This document shows, piece by piece, positions 13,033 to 25,876 of a stretch of DNA of 64,000 nucleotides. The position numbers and the translations under genes were made by a program. The first letter of the stretch is position 1. Each line of letters begins with the position of its first letter. This stretch comes from Eledone cirrhosa (lineage: Eukaryota), in contig OZ024747.1 in NCBI GenBank assembly GCA_964016885.1, positions 65,286,001 to 65,350,000 of the forward strand. Reading direction: 5' to 3'. Under the pieces are notes generated by a model that saw only the letters and a program-made list of their open reading frames with translations, made no database searches and had not been told where the DNA came from.

Positions 13033-13276
13033 CTACTACTACTACTACTACTAATGCTGGTCGTGGTGGTGGTAATCATGGTGGTGGTAGTAGTGGTGGA
13101 GGTGGTGGTTGTAGTAGTGTTGGTGGTGCTAGTAGTAGTAGTGGTAATAGTGTTGGTGGTGGTGGTAATAGTAGTAGTAGTAGTGATGGTGGTGGTAGTG
13201 GTGGTGGTTTTAGAAGTAGCTGTAGTAGTAGTGGTGGTAATAGTAGTAGGTGGCTAGTGGTGGTGGTGGCAGTAGC

Positions 13277-13332
<56 letters not shown>
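13033..13332. repeat. (CTA)/(GTG)/(GTA)n trinucleotide microsatellite
   Basis: Directly visible. Confidence 0.9.
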
Positions 13333-13333
<1 letters not shown>

Positions 13334-14186
13334 TATATAAGAACATTTGCTTAGTATTTCTCATTAACATTTCTATAACAGCTTCAAGCTGTAGTGTATT
13401 TAAATTAAATGGACCTCAGTCTATTTTAATGATGAGTATTGCAGCTGTTCAATCAGTGGAGAAGCCAACTTATTAAATTAACCTATAAGTGGCTAAGTAT
13501 TCTACAGATTTAACCCTTTTTGTTACCAATCCTGCCCAAACCACCTCTGGCTCTATGAACCAAACTACACATTTAAAAGGGTTCCTAATTGAATCAAAAT
13601 CATCCAACATAATTTTATATAAGAACCATATGTTAAGTTATCTTAACAATGATATAATTAAGAAGTTTATTAAATTCCTCAAACTTCTGCATTGTTTAAT
13701 TGAAACAGAACCAAGAAAAGTTTGTAATTTTCAGGAATATTCAGTATGACACACTGTAAGATAAGGTTGGAACTTTGAAATACAGGTAGTGTCTATTTGA
13801 AGGGCTTCCAAACTTTTTCTGCCTCATTCACATGAGGTTTGGGTTGGTCTAAGTTTATGGTAAAAAATACTCGCCAATGATGCTCCTTGGTGATATTAAA
13901 CATAGAAACTAATTAAAATTTAGCTTCGGCATAGCAGTATACATACATGTATGTGAATTTCATATATCTAAAGCTAAACCCATGCTAGCGTGGAAGATAG
14001 ACGTTAAACGATAATATGGTATGGGACCCTATTGGCTCATAATAGTGAGAGATGGGGAGAGCAGGAGGGATGGAACCAGTGACAGTGGGAGTTTGGTTCC
14101 TTTGTGTTCAGACCTGATGTATATGTATATATTTCACAGACACACACTCACATTTGAAAGGATAACTTTCTCATTATTAACTCAAC

Positions 14187-14348
14187 TTAATAAATAAACA
14201 TTTTGAAAGCCCAGCTATGAATCGAAAGGCTGATGGCCAGCGCCATCTAGTGGATTCCAGCAGAAACAGCAGAGCTGGAATCAACTAGACAACACTGGCC
14301 ATCAGCCTTTCAATTTATAACTGGGCTTTCAAAATATCTATTTATTAA
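14187..14348. repeat. Long imperfect inverted repeat (75-bp arms, 12-nt loop); fold-back or MITE-like
   Basis: ttaataaat...ggattccagc pairs with gctggaatc...atttattaa. Confidence 0.9.
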
Positions 14349-14991
14349 ACATATATATCTTTAAATATCGGAAATTCACATATAAACTAATGATTGGGAA
14401 GTGACCTTTGTAACAATTCAACCATATTACAACCCACTGATAGCTCCACACTAAATTATGTTACAAACAACATCGAGATGCAGGATAGAAATCATTAAAT
14501 ATCTTCCTCTGAAGAAGTCAGGCACATATTATTTCTAATATCTTAAATATTTATTGAATTCTCAGAGATCTTGTGAAAGCTACATCAAGTGTAAAGAATA
14601 CCTGGAAACTTTTAGCAACCAAAAGACTTTTATTTCTGACAGAATATAAGCTATAACTGTCAGTTTCCCTCCACATGTTTGTATATCAAACATTCAGGTG
14701 CTAATAGCTCTGTGAATAGATGATGTTCCTAGACAGTGTTTTGTCTATTTACCTATTTCAAATGTTGTTTTACTTGTCATAAAGTATATCCTTTTTAAGA
14801 AATCAGCTTCCATTGCTAATAAAATAAACTTTTGGTACTGACTTCACCCAAAAATGTTTCAAAGTTCTGGGTTGAACATACAAGAAATATAACAGCTAAA
14901 ATACCAACTAACATTCCTCAAAATAGGATTTTTATTTTAGATCTATTCATGTGGAGGAGTGTGATCTAGTAGTTAGGATAATTAGGCTCAT

Positions 14992-15672
14992 GACTGGCTG
15001 CACCAGTGGCACATCTAGAGTGGCACCCCAACGACTGGCTGCACCAGTGGCACATCTAGAGTGGCACCCCAACGACTGGCTGCACCAGTGGCACATCTAG
15101 AGTGGCACCCCAACGGCTGGCTGCACTAGTGGCACATCTAGAGTGGCACCCCAACGACTGGCTGCACCAGTGGCACATATCTAGAGTAGCACCCCAACGA
15201 CTGGCTGCACCAGTGGCACATATCTAGAGTAGCACCCCAACGGCTGGCTGCACCAGTGGCACATCTAGAGTGGCACCCCAACGACTGGCTGCACCAGTGG
15301 CACATCTAGAGTGGCACCCCAACGACTGGCTGCACCAGTGGCACATATCTAGAGTAGCACCCCAACGACTGGCTGCACCAGTGGCACATCTAGAGTGGCA
15401 CCCCAACGACTGGCTGCACCAGTGGCACATCTAGAGTGGCACCCCAACGACTGGCTGCACCAGTGGCACATATCTAGAGTAGCACCCCAACGACTGGCTG
15501 CGCCAGTGGCACATCTAGAGTAGCACCCCAACGACTGGCTGCGCCAGTGGCACATCTAGAGTAGCACCCCAACGGCTGGCTGCACTAGTGGCACATCTAG
15601 AGTGGCACTCCAATGACTGACTGCACTAGTGGTACATCTAGAGTGGCACTCCAATGACTGACTGCACTAGTG
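14992..15672. repeat. 41/43-bp minisatellite (gactggctgcaccagtggcacatctagagtggcaccccaac), about 16 units
   Basis: Visible tandem units; 41+41+43 = 125-bp higher-order period, matching the ORF offset 15224 to 15349. Confidence 0.95.
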
Positions 15673-15789
15673 ACAGTAACATGACGAGATGAAGATAATG
15701 ATTTGTAATATAACATAACAAATAGTTCTTATCATCATCATCATCATCATCATTTTACAGTTCTAAAATAAATTGGAACCATTTAAAAT

Positions 15790-16195
15790 GGGAGAGTGGG
15801 TTTTGTTTGTCATAGCACCAACAGCAGTTTTGGGTATGCTGGTAGCAAAACAGTTAAGGCGGCATCCGTTTCTTCCGATATCATTTCGGAAGAAGGATCA
15901 GGATGGAGAGAGAGGTGCTCCACCGCAGTCGTTTTTATGAAAGGTGGCTGTAGATGGAAAAGATGAAGGAACGAGGGAGCACCCTTTCTCTGTGCTCCTG
16001 AAGAGAAGGGTTGCACACTTTTTTCGGGGGTGTGTGCGACCCCCCCCCCCAAAAAAAAAAACGCCTCATCCCTATTGAGGACTTTATTGTTAATTTTATA
16101 TTTGTTATTTGTTTTCTTTACTTGCCTTTTTGTGTAAACTCCCTCCTTGTATTTGTCCCCTTCTTATGCGCCCTCGTGGCAATAAATAGAAATGT
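15790..16195 (+). mobile_element. L1/Tx1-like LINE 3' end (degenerate)
   Basis: FFRYHFGRRIRMEREVL...FYERW resembles a Tx1 ORF2 C-terminus; T-rich 3' UTR ends ccctcgtggcaataaa, with a similar terminus on the minus strand near 50530-50600. Confidence 0.45.
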
Positions 16196-16867
16196 ATATG
16201 TAGAGAAGTTGAAGGTTTACCTAAGATATGTTTGATTAGTGGTTTACAAATTATTCTGGCCATTGCTACACTATTAAAATCACTATTCAGAAAATTGTTA
16301 TGATTTAAGCCAGAGAAAATAATGGTAATAAAGTAGAAAGAAATTATAACTCAATTTTATAATTTATATAAAAAAGAGAGAAAGTGAAAATAAAAAGCAA
16401 GAAAAATCTAACAGCAGCATTTTAATTTAATTAATTTAACAAAAGTGATGAATGCATTCCAATGATGTCAGCTTGTTTTAAAGAATAATAATTATTTATT
16501 AATGAGGTTCTAGAATACCAGCTTTCCTTAGTAACTATGTCAGATTAATTAATTTAACAAAATTGATGAACTACAATGATGTCAGGTTTTCTTTAAAGTA
16601 TAATTATTATTTAGTAAGGTCTTGAAATACATGTTTTAGTTAGTAACTCTATTAGTAACTCTGTTACGGTTTAATTAATTAGACAACATTTATGAATTTG
16701 ATCCAGTAATACCAGCTTTTGGAAAATCTGATAAGTCATTTAACGATTATATTTGATATCTCAATTAATAAATTTTTTATGGTTTAATTCATTAGAAAAA
16801 ATAAAAATTATCATCCAATGTTCTCAAATCATTTAACAATGAATCTGTCTCCCCTACACATATATAA

Positions 16868-16937
<70 letters not shown>

Positions 16938-17120
16938 CATATATGTATATATGTCCACTAGCACTAACACATGGATATATGCTTATGCTTCATAAAGTAG
17001 AAAGCCAGTCAGAAACAGGTCCTGTAGGAACAAGACATGGTCACCCAACCAAACTTGCTTGAAATGGGACAAATCCATCTAACCCATGCTAGCGTGGAAG
17101 ATAGAAGTATGAGGATGATG

Positions 17121-17165
<45 letters not shown>

Positions 17166-17746
17166 ATGTTATATTTCAGACTTCGTCAAACAAGACACAA
17201 CAGCTAAGAATTCTGAATGAATCTTTTTAATGTTACTTGTTCTTTAAAGGTGGGTGACAGTGTAATCTCAATCAACTAACCTATGGGGAACAGCTCCTGA
17301 CACCCATCCACATATAGTGTTACCTTTAATAGACAATGTTTAAGAATACTTTTTCCCTAGAATCATGAACACCACTCTTCCCTCCCTAACAAAACAATCT
17401 GAACCCCATTCAAATATATAAATCTGTATAATATATATATAAGAAACAACATACAGACACAAAAATACACACAAACACAAGCATATATAACTATATATAT
17501 ACACACACACAAATACACAAAAACACACATGCAGGGATAAGTATAGACACAGTCGCAAGCATACACACACACACAAACACACACACAAACACACATACAG
17601 GCATACGTATAGGCACATACACAAGGATACACACATACACAAACACGTACAGGTATAAATATAGACATATATGCAAGCATACACAAACATGCATAGAAGC
17701 ATAAGTATAAAGACCAACCCAAGCATGCAGAGAAGCAATAACTAAC

Positions 17747-17831
17747 CATAGAAAATTCCTCATCATCAGATGGTTCTATTTCAACCCATGTCTCAAGCTC
17801 CAGAGTCAGATCATCAGGATAAAGGAAGTCC
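17747..17831 (-). CDS. CFAP65: CFAP65 exon: DFLYPDDLTLELETWVEIEPSDDEEFSM
   Basis: Acceptor ttcattttag, donor gttagt, 85 bp, phase 2/0. Matches the recalled W.FL.P.D..I..E.WAE segment. Confidence 0.87.
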
Positions 17832-17921
17832 CTAAAATGAAAAACAAAACAAAATGAAGCCTTTTATTTACTGAGGAACCCTTAACACAGAAAAATAACA
17901 TCTTTTAGTTGTATGTATCAA

Positions 17922-18139
17922 CCCTTTAGCATTTAAATTGGCCATATCCAGCCAGAATTCTCTCACCTCTTTCTGTTCAAACAGGCTGTAACTGGCCACT
18001 CATACTGATGTTAAGGTATTCTTCTCAAAATAAATAACATTAAAATCTCATAGATTCAAAATTAAAAGATAATTATGTGAAGTAAAGCCTTTACATGAAA
18101 ATAAAATAGTATATATAGAGTAATGTAAATACTAAAGGG
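17922..18139. mobile_element. piggyBac-type MITE
   Basis: TCAA|ccctttagcattta ... taaatactaaaggg|TTAA. Confidence 0.85.
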
Positions 18140-19004
18140 TTAAACAAATGTATAAATAACATTACAAAATATTTATAATTCTTACAAAATGAAAATAGAC
18201 ACAAATAATATATATATAATACTTAAATATATAAGATTAAACAAAATGACCATCAATTCACCACCAAGTGCCACAATAAGCTACACATTTTTTCAGAGGC
18301 AACAAATTTGCAGAATCGTAGAGCCTCAGATAAAATACTTTGTAGTATTTTTCCAGCTCTCTGCACACAAATTGTGCCAAGATCAAATTTGCCCTCCATC
18401 TATTCGAGGTTGATAAATAAGTACCAATCTAGTACTGGGGTTGACTCTTTCTCTATACTTCTTTCTTACTTTATCTTTTTCTCTCTCTGGAAGAAATCAG
18501 CTGTATTTAAACCTGGTGAAGGGATGGGCTCTGCCAGGTATGAAAACTATCTAAGGGATACTGTATGTTGTTACTATGGCTCCCTACAACCCCATCAGGG
18601 ATTATGGGTATATACCTTAGATTATTTCAGATATTAAAATGCACCCAATGTACTCCATAAAGTGTTAATGCCAGTGCTATGATGAAAAGCACTAGGGTCA
18701 CCCTGTAAGGTGGCTGTTAGGCAGAGCACCTAGTTGCAGAAACAAAGTCAAAAACCCAGTGTACAAGTGAGAGATGGTCATCTGATGTGTCTAGCCTCAG
18801 TACGTGACAGCCTGTCTAGCCTATACAAACATAGAAAATAGACATTAAATGGTGATCACGATGATACATATATATATAGATATGTGTAAGGTACTCAATA
18901 CATAGCAGAGCATAAATATTTAATATAGAAATAGCTTCTACAGGGCTAGAACTGTTTCCTTCGAATGAAACAGTTTCAGTCCTGTAGAAGCCATTTCTAT
19001 AATA

Positions 19005-19061
<57 letters not shown>

Positions 19062-19344
19062 AAAGAAATAGAGGTGTAACACACAAGTTATTATATATTG
19101 AGCAAACAGCACGGACACTCTATCTCAAAATTATTTTTGAAAAGCATTTAGAAATGCGCAACCGGTAAAAACTTAAAAACTTAAAACCACAACTGAATAC
19201 TAACCCATACAATCACTAATACTCTTTTATTCCTAATTAAACCATTTTTCAACTGTGAACAATTTGTCAGCATTTCTATTCCGCTTACCAATATATATAT
19301 ATATATATAATATATATATATATGTTTATATATATATATATATA

Positions 19345-20084
19345 TCTGTATATATATATAAAGACGAAGTTTTCTGTATGTGTATGTGTGTGTGGACAAT
19401 TTTTAATGAGGGCTCATATATTCTAAACCATTCATGCGATTTCTTTGAAATTTTTTACAGAGCTTCTCCTTGCACAAAAGCTGTACATGATCTACAAAGG
19501 CTTTCAAAAATCGATATTGGGGCCTTTGGAGACATTAAAAAAGTTTCGGTTATTTGTGTCAATTTTCGTGATTAAGTAAGACAAGAGTTATCTTTTGTAA
19601 TTCGGCTCATTCGGATTTTAATTTACTCTTTGTAGTTGAAACAAAAGGTACGCTTCCTTGAGACTAACAATATCATTTTGTATATTTCACAACCAGCAAT
19701 TTCTAACAGATTACTGAGTTAAGTTATAGATTTGACATAGTATAATTTATCGTTTCAAGCTTGATGTTCATACATTAAGTGATGTCATAACTTTTACAAT
19801 ATTATGCTTTGTATATAATAGTGTCTATTATTCATTTCACTTCTCTATTTCATGATGCGCTTTTACTGTTGTCAAAAAAATTTATAACTAGACTGGATTT
19901 CTGTTGTCACATGGTATAACAGATGACACCGAGCTCACATATTAATTATTTCACGGGAAAGGTGCCTAAGGTTTTCATGTTTACATAAAGTACGTTTTTC
20001 TTCTATGTATTCAAATTTACTTTGTTTAGTTTAATGAGCTACACCGAAAGCTAGTTGAACCGTCCAAAGCACGGGTAGTTTAGC

Positions 20085-20087
<3 letters not shown>
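19345..20087 (+). mobile_element. Non-autonomous Helitron-like element
   Basis: A|TC-tgtatatatatataaag start like 60952; 3' hairpin ccgtccaaagcacgg then CTAC|T (degenerate CTAG); inserted in a TA tract. Confidence 0.6.
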
Positions 20088-20159
<72 letters not shown>

Positions 20160-20217
20160 CATACATACATACATACATACATACATACATACATACATAC
20201 ATACATACTTACATACC

Positions 20218-20281
<64 letters not shown>

Positions 20282-20362
20282 GTAGGAGGTGAGTTTTATT
20301 GTAGTACAATAAAGCAATGCATAATAAAATATATGGAACTCCTTTAACCATCTTTTGATCTT
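20282..20362 (+). mobile_element. Internally deleted copy C of the 250-bp hammerhead element
   Basis: Both ends match 54687-54940; about 173 bp including the ribozyme core are missing, joined at a GCA microhomology. Confidence 0.85.
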
Positions 20363-20366
20363 ATAT

Positions 20367-20397
<31 letters not shown>

Positions 20398-20448
20398 GTA
20401 TATATATATATACATATACATATACATATATATATACATACATATATA

Positions 20449-20834
20449 CATGGCTTAGTGGTTAGAGCATTGGGCTTGCAATCGAAAGGTTGTGAGTTCA
20501 ATTCTCAGACAGGTGTTGTTTCCTTGAGCAAGACACTTTATTTCACATTGCTCCAGTTTACTCAGCTGTAGAAATGAGATAATAGGGACCCCAGTCCCTA
20601 TCATTCCACTGCAAAGTGGACGCATAGGCGCCACAGAAAAACAGCACCCAGCACTCACTGTAGAGTGGATGTGTAGGCGCCATGGAAAAAAAGCACCCAG
20701 CACTCACTGTAAATAAGGTTGGTGTTAGGAAGGGCATCCAGCTGTAGAAATCAAGCCAGAATCAGTTCCCGTCCCACCCTTGCAAGCAGGGAAAAGCGGA
20801 CGTAAAATGATGATGATGATGATGATGATGATGA
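20449..20834 (+). mobile_element. SINE family B with an internal ~50-bp duplication
   Basis: Homologous to 6645-6985; agcacccagcactcactgta occurs twice. Confidence 0.88.
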
Positions 20835-21317
20835 TATATATGTATATATATATCATCATCATCATATATATATATATAATTAGTTACAACAGTATCATAT
20901 TATACTTAACTATGGACTGAGTGCTCTTACCCTTGGATGCCTATATCAAATTTGTACTACAGTATATATATATATATATATATTAACAAAGAAATAAGTC
21001 ATCAAGTTCAACAGTCAATACATTATTTATTTGATCTGCACATTTCATTTCCTCTTATAAAGAAATCTCCAGGATCAATTATATATATAAATAAATATCT
21101 GATTGCCTTACTGATGTTTTATCAACTTAGAGAGAGATAGAGAGGGAGAGAGTGTGTGTGTACGTGTGTGTGTGTACATGTATGTGTGTGTGTGCTTGTT
21201 TGTATATACATATGTGTCTAAACACTTACATACAAAAATCTGTATCCGTTTGTAAATAGACTCCATATTGCCCAATTGTTGTATATTAAAGTGTGTCCAT
21301 TGTAAAACCCAACTTAC

Positions 21318-21446
21318 CATTCTGCTGTAATAATACCATTATTCTGTAACTTAATGGTGAAAATTGAGGGGGGACTTCCAAGTGCAGCTGCACAAAAATC
21401 AAAGTCAACCACAGAATCACTTTCAAACTTTGGAAATTTGTTAGTT
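21318..21446 (-). CDS. CFAP65: CFAP65 exon: TNKFPKFESDSVVDFDFCAAALGSPPSIFTIKLQNNGIITAE(W)
   Basis: Acceptor (t)n-gttaacag, donor gtaagt, 129 bp, phase 2/2. Matches the recalled LDFNFGAAP...PPS.....L.N.G....W segment. Confidence 0.9.
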
Positions 21447-22146
21447 CTGTTAACAAAAAAAAAAAAGAAACAGATGCAGAAAAATATTTATATTATATTA
21501 TTCAGAAAACCAACAGCACTCTTCTAGCAACAAAAGTTTTATGGCTGGGTCATTGATGACTAAGCCGGCAATCCTACAAAGCTTGTTTGGTAGAGAGGGT
21601 GATTTTTGGACACACTGTAGGATGAAAAGCAAAACTTGTCAAAGAGTGAAGCAGCGCATGAGAGTCAACAGCCATCCAATATCAGTAGATATTGTTCATT
21701 AGCCTTGGTTGGAAATATGTCTATGAGAAGAATCTGTCTGAATTCGAAACTGGCGTAGATGGGACTCCTTAGTCTCTTCAATGATAACCTTTCAAGTGGC
21801 CAATGACTTCATCCTTATGATGGAAGCGGATGAGTGGCAGCCAACTTCTGAGTAATGGTTGGATGAGGATTTAGGTCCTACCAACAACACCTTTTTTACC
21901 GAGAGTCGTGGACGTATAGATTTTCCATGGTTCCTGACCCTCAGTAATGAGGATGGAAAGTGACCAGAGACCCTTGCTAGCTTGCTTGACAAGTTTCATA
22001 TCTCTGATGAGATCTTTCTTGAGATGTGTCATGGCTAGATGTCTTTCTTGGTGCCAACTCTTTTCATCATCTCTTACAACATGCAGGAATACAGTGTACC
22101 ATTTTAATCTGGATATACAGGATATACAGTTTTTAAATAAACACAT

Positions 22147-22748
22147 TGGTGAATTGGCAGTATCAGTAAAGTATCGGACACCATGCTTTGCAGCATAGGG
22201 TTACAGCCCTTTATGTTCTGAATTCAAATCCCACTGAGGTTAGCTTTGCCTTTCGTCCTTATGGGGTCGATAAAATAAAGAACATCGACTTTTCCCTCCC
22301 CCAAAAATTGCTGGCCTTGTGCCTATAGTAGAAATCATTATTTAATCATGATGAGTGGCAGAGTGGGTAAAATTTTGAATAAAATGCCATTGTGGTATTT
22401 ATTCTGACTTTTTTACACTCTGAGTTCAAATCCTGCTGAGATCAACTTTGCCTTTCTTCCTTCCATCATCATCATCATCATTTTACGTCCGCTTTTCCCT
22501 GCTTGCAAGGGTTGGATGGGTCCTATTCAGCACAGCATCTCTCCACTTGTCACGGTCCTTCGTCATCTCCTCGGTGAGTTTCAGCGATCTGAGGTCTGCT
22601 CTCATCACCTCCGCCCATGTTTTTCGTGGTCTACCTCTACATGATCAATAAAATAAAGTACCAGTCAAGAACTGGGGTTGGTATAATCAACTTTGCTCAT
22701 CCCCCAAATTTGCTGGCCTTGTGCGGTGCCTAACTTAGAAATCAATCT
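22147..22748 (+). mobile_element. Two tandem SINE-A copies; the second is split by an RTE 3' fragment
   Basis: The SINE-A body breaks at ccttccat (~22465) and resumes at gatcaataaaataaagtaccag (~22643). Confidence 0.8.
22464..22640 (-). mobile_element. 5'-truncated RTE LINE 3' end
   Basis: Closely matches 51598-51782, including the (gat)n tail. Confidence 0.9.
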
Positions 22749-22869
22749 TAAACATGTACATCACTACAGTCAATGACTACATATGTTCACTAAATCATTG
22801 GCTGACATTGTTTGTAGCCCAGCTTCTTTTTTGATTTCCTGAATTTTTATTTTGTTGATTTTATGTTAA

Positions 22870-23088
22870 CCCTTTAGCATTTAAACAGGCACTAGCCGGC
22901 CAGAATTCTCTCATCTCTTTCTGTTCAAACCAGTCATAACTGGCTGCTCATACTTATAAGGTATTGTTCTAAAAAAAAAATAATATTAAAATCTCATAGA
23001 TTCAATATTATGTGAGATAATTATGTGAGATAAAGCATTTACTGTGAAAATATAATAGTAAATATGGAGCAATGTAAATGCTAAAGGG
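22870..23088. mobile_element. piggyBac-type MITE (best-preserved copy)
   Basis: Perfect 14-bp TIR ccctttagcattta/taaatgctaaaggg with TTAA on both sides. Confidence 0.92.
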
Positions 23089-23321
23089 TTAAACTACTGA
23101 AGCTAATGTCTGTACCTTAGTGGTTAGAGTATTTGGCTCACAATTCTTAGTTCATACATTCAATTTCTAGAAGTGCATTTTACCCTTAAGCAAGACACTT
23201 CATTCCATGGTGCTCAAATCCATTCTGTTGAAAAAGGTAAGTAACAACAGGAACAATAGTAACTAGAGGATTAACTGTGTGATGGGCTGGTGTCCCATCC
23301 AACCCAGCATGCACCACATAA

Positions 23322-23956
23322 ATAATAATTGTTTCTACTTTAGGCACAAGGCCAGCAATTACTCAGTTCATTACTGGTACTTTATTTTATCGACCCCGTA
23401 AGGATGAAAGGCAAAGTCAACCTCGGCGGGATTTGAACTCAGATCGTAAAGGGACGTAACTATGCTGGAAAGCATGGCATCCGACCCTCTACCGATACTG
23501 CCAATCCATAATAATGATAATAATAATGGTTTCTGATTTAGGCACAAGGCCAGCATTTTAGGGGAAGGGGAAAAACAATTAAATCAATCCCAGTGCATGA
23601 CTGGTACTTTATTTTATCGACCCCATAAGGATGAAAGGCAGAGCTAACCTCAGCAGGATTTGAACCCTATGCTATAAAGAGACGTAACTCTATGCTACAA
23701 AGCGTCCGTCCCTCTACTGATACTGCCAATCCATCAAACAATAATAATTGTTTCTAATTTAGGCATAAGTTCAGCAATTTATGGGGAGAGCAAGTCAGTT
23801 ACTTCAACCCCAGTATGTGACTGGTACCTTAATTTATAAAACATGGAGAGTTGAAAGGCAAGTTGACCTTAGTGGGATTAGAACTCAGAATGTAAAGGGC
23901 CACAACTAAATGCTGCCAAGCATTTTGTTCAATGTCATAACAGCTCTGCCAATCTG
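23322..23956 (-). mobile_element. Three head-to-tail SINE-A copies
   Basis: Three successive aataat-gtttct...ggcacaagg...gccaatc units. Confidence 0.85.
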
Positions 23957-24135
23957 CAATGACAGAAGCAGCCAAGCAGGCAAGCAGGCAAACAGACAGA
24001 TTGACAGACAGACAGACAAACAGATCAACCAATACTTGACTGGTGCTTTATTTTCTCATAGGAGTTTATCTTTTAAGCAGTCACCCAGGCAACCAAGCTA
24101 TTAATATTAGGAAGAAATAAAACATTAAGAATTAC

Positions 24136-24204
24136 GATTTTCGGGATTCTATAGAGTGGGTGAGTTCCTCATATGATGGATCTGAGCGTAAGTAAGAATT
24201 GAAG
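24136..24204 (-). CDS. CFAP65: CFAP65 exon: FNSYLRSDPSYEELTHSIESRK(S)
   Basis: Acceptor tatttcag, donor gtaatt, 69 bp, phase 2/2 fitting both neighbours. Matches the recalled LNSYL..DP...EL.Y....RHS segment. Confidence 0.88.
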
Positions 24205-24414
24205 CTGAAATATTAAACAAATGAAAAGAAAATACATGTTTATTACCATGGAAAAGAAACATATAACATTTATTATGGAGCATTTTACTGACAGCTGAAA
24301 TGGTGAACTTTTAGACTGTTATAAATGTAACAGTGTATTACTATGACAAAAAAAAAGGTATAACATTTATTGTGGAGTAGTTTACTGAGTGGTGATATGG
24401 TGAACGTCTAGACT

Positions 24415-24610
24415 GTTAAGGATAGGATGGAAAAGGTTTAGAGAGCTACTCCCACTGTTGACCCCTAAAGGTTTCTCCCTACATACAAAAGGATGGTTGT
24501 ATGATGCCTGTTTGCGAAGTGTGATGCTGCATGGCATGAAACATGGGCTATGATTGCAGAGAACGTGTGTAGACTAGAGAGAAATAAAGTAACCATGCTC
24601 CATTGGATGT
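24415..24610 (+). mobile_element. Internal RTE ORF2 fragment
   Basis: RIGWKRFRELLPLLTPKGFSLHTKGWLYDAC..., homologous to the 52024-52160 peptide. Confidence 0.75.
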
Positions 24611-24772
24611 AGGTATAACATTTATTGTAGTGTATTTTACTGACAGCTGAAATTGTGAACTTTTAGACTATTATAAATGTAACAGTGTATTACTATGACA
24701 AAAAAAAAGGTATAACACTTACTGTGGTGTATTTTACAGCTAAAAAGGGTTAATGTGTAAACCTAGTGTAGT

Positions 24773-24967
24773 TAATAATTGTTTCTACTTTTTTGGCACA
24801 AGGCCAGCAATTACCCAGTACATTACTGGTACTTTATTTTATCGACCCCGTAAGGATGAAAGGCAAAGTTAACCTCGGCGGGATTTGAACTCAGAATGGC
24901 AAGGGCCGTAACTCTATGCGTCAAAGCATGGTGTCCGACCCTCTACCGATACTGCCAATCCACCGCC
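24773..24967 (-). mobile_element. SINE family A
   Basis: Well-preserved copy with B-box GAGTTCAAATCC on the minus strand. Confidence 0.88.
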
Positions 24968-25876
24968 CTTAGTGTAGTTAATAATGGTTTCTGATGGGGT
25001 GCAAACGCACATCTCACTTCAGTCCAAGAAACCATCACCTAAACCATAAAATTGTAGAGTAATTGTTGAAGTAGTCACCTCATTTTTTTACATTTGCAAT
25101 GGAAGAGTGTAAAAATTCACAGAAAACATGGTTGATAGAATGTAGGAAAAAAGTTCAAAAATTTATAGAAAATCAACAAAAACATTGACGTTCGCATAAA
25201 TTATAACACAGTTATGCAAACATTAAGAGAAAGGATTGTGTTACACAAAATACATTAAGAGGAGTGTTTGTAGAAAATAAAACATATAGCACATTTATGA
25301 GAGATGTTTGAATAAATTATGTAAACGGTTACATAAATTATTATGGAAATATACAAGAATTAGAAGAAATGTTTATATTACATAAGTAAAAATATAACAA
25401 TTACCAAAAAACAATCCTGTAATTTCAGAGAAAAATATATAGAGAGAGAAAATTGTGTAAATTGAGAAACTAAAACCCACACCAGGTCAGATGAAAATAT
25501 TGAATAAATAACTAAAATATATGCACAAACAGTCAATTATTTTAAAATTGGGTAGAGCATAAAATCTTGATTAATTCTTTCATTACCATATTTCTAATGA
25601 AAAACACTGCCTATGATTTATAAATCATGTTAAAAATAATCAAAAATTAAGAGGGATATAGTAATATAACTAACTTTCTCGTTATTAGGATGGTGTTTGG
25701 AACATAAATTTGCAAAGGTTCCTACATAAAATTACCATGGAAAGTTTTTAAATAAATATAAACACTTTAACTCTTTCATCACCATATTTCTAATAAAAGA
25801 CATTACCTATGATCTTCCAATTTTGTTGAAAATTATCAAAAATTAGAAAGGATTTAGTAATATAACTTTGTCATTA

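Noticed and set aside
19130-19170. GAAATGCGCA motif resembling the hammerhead 3' half
   Set aside because: No CUGANGA, no UH triplet and no stem I.
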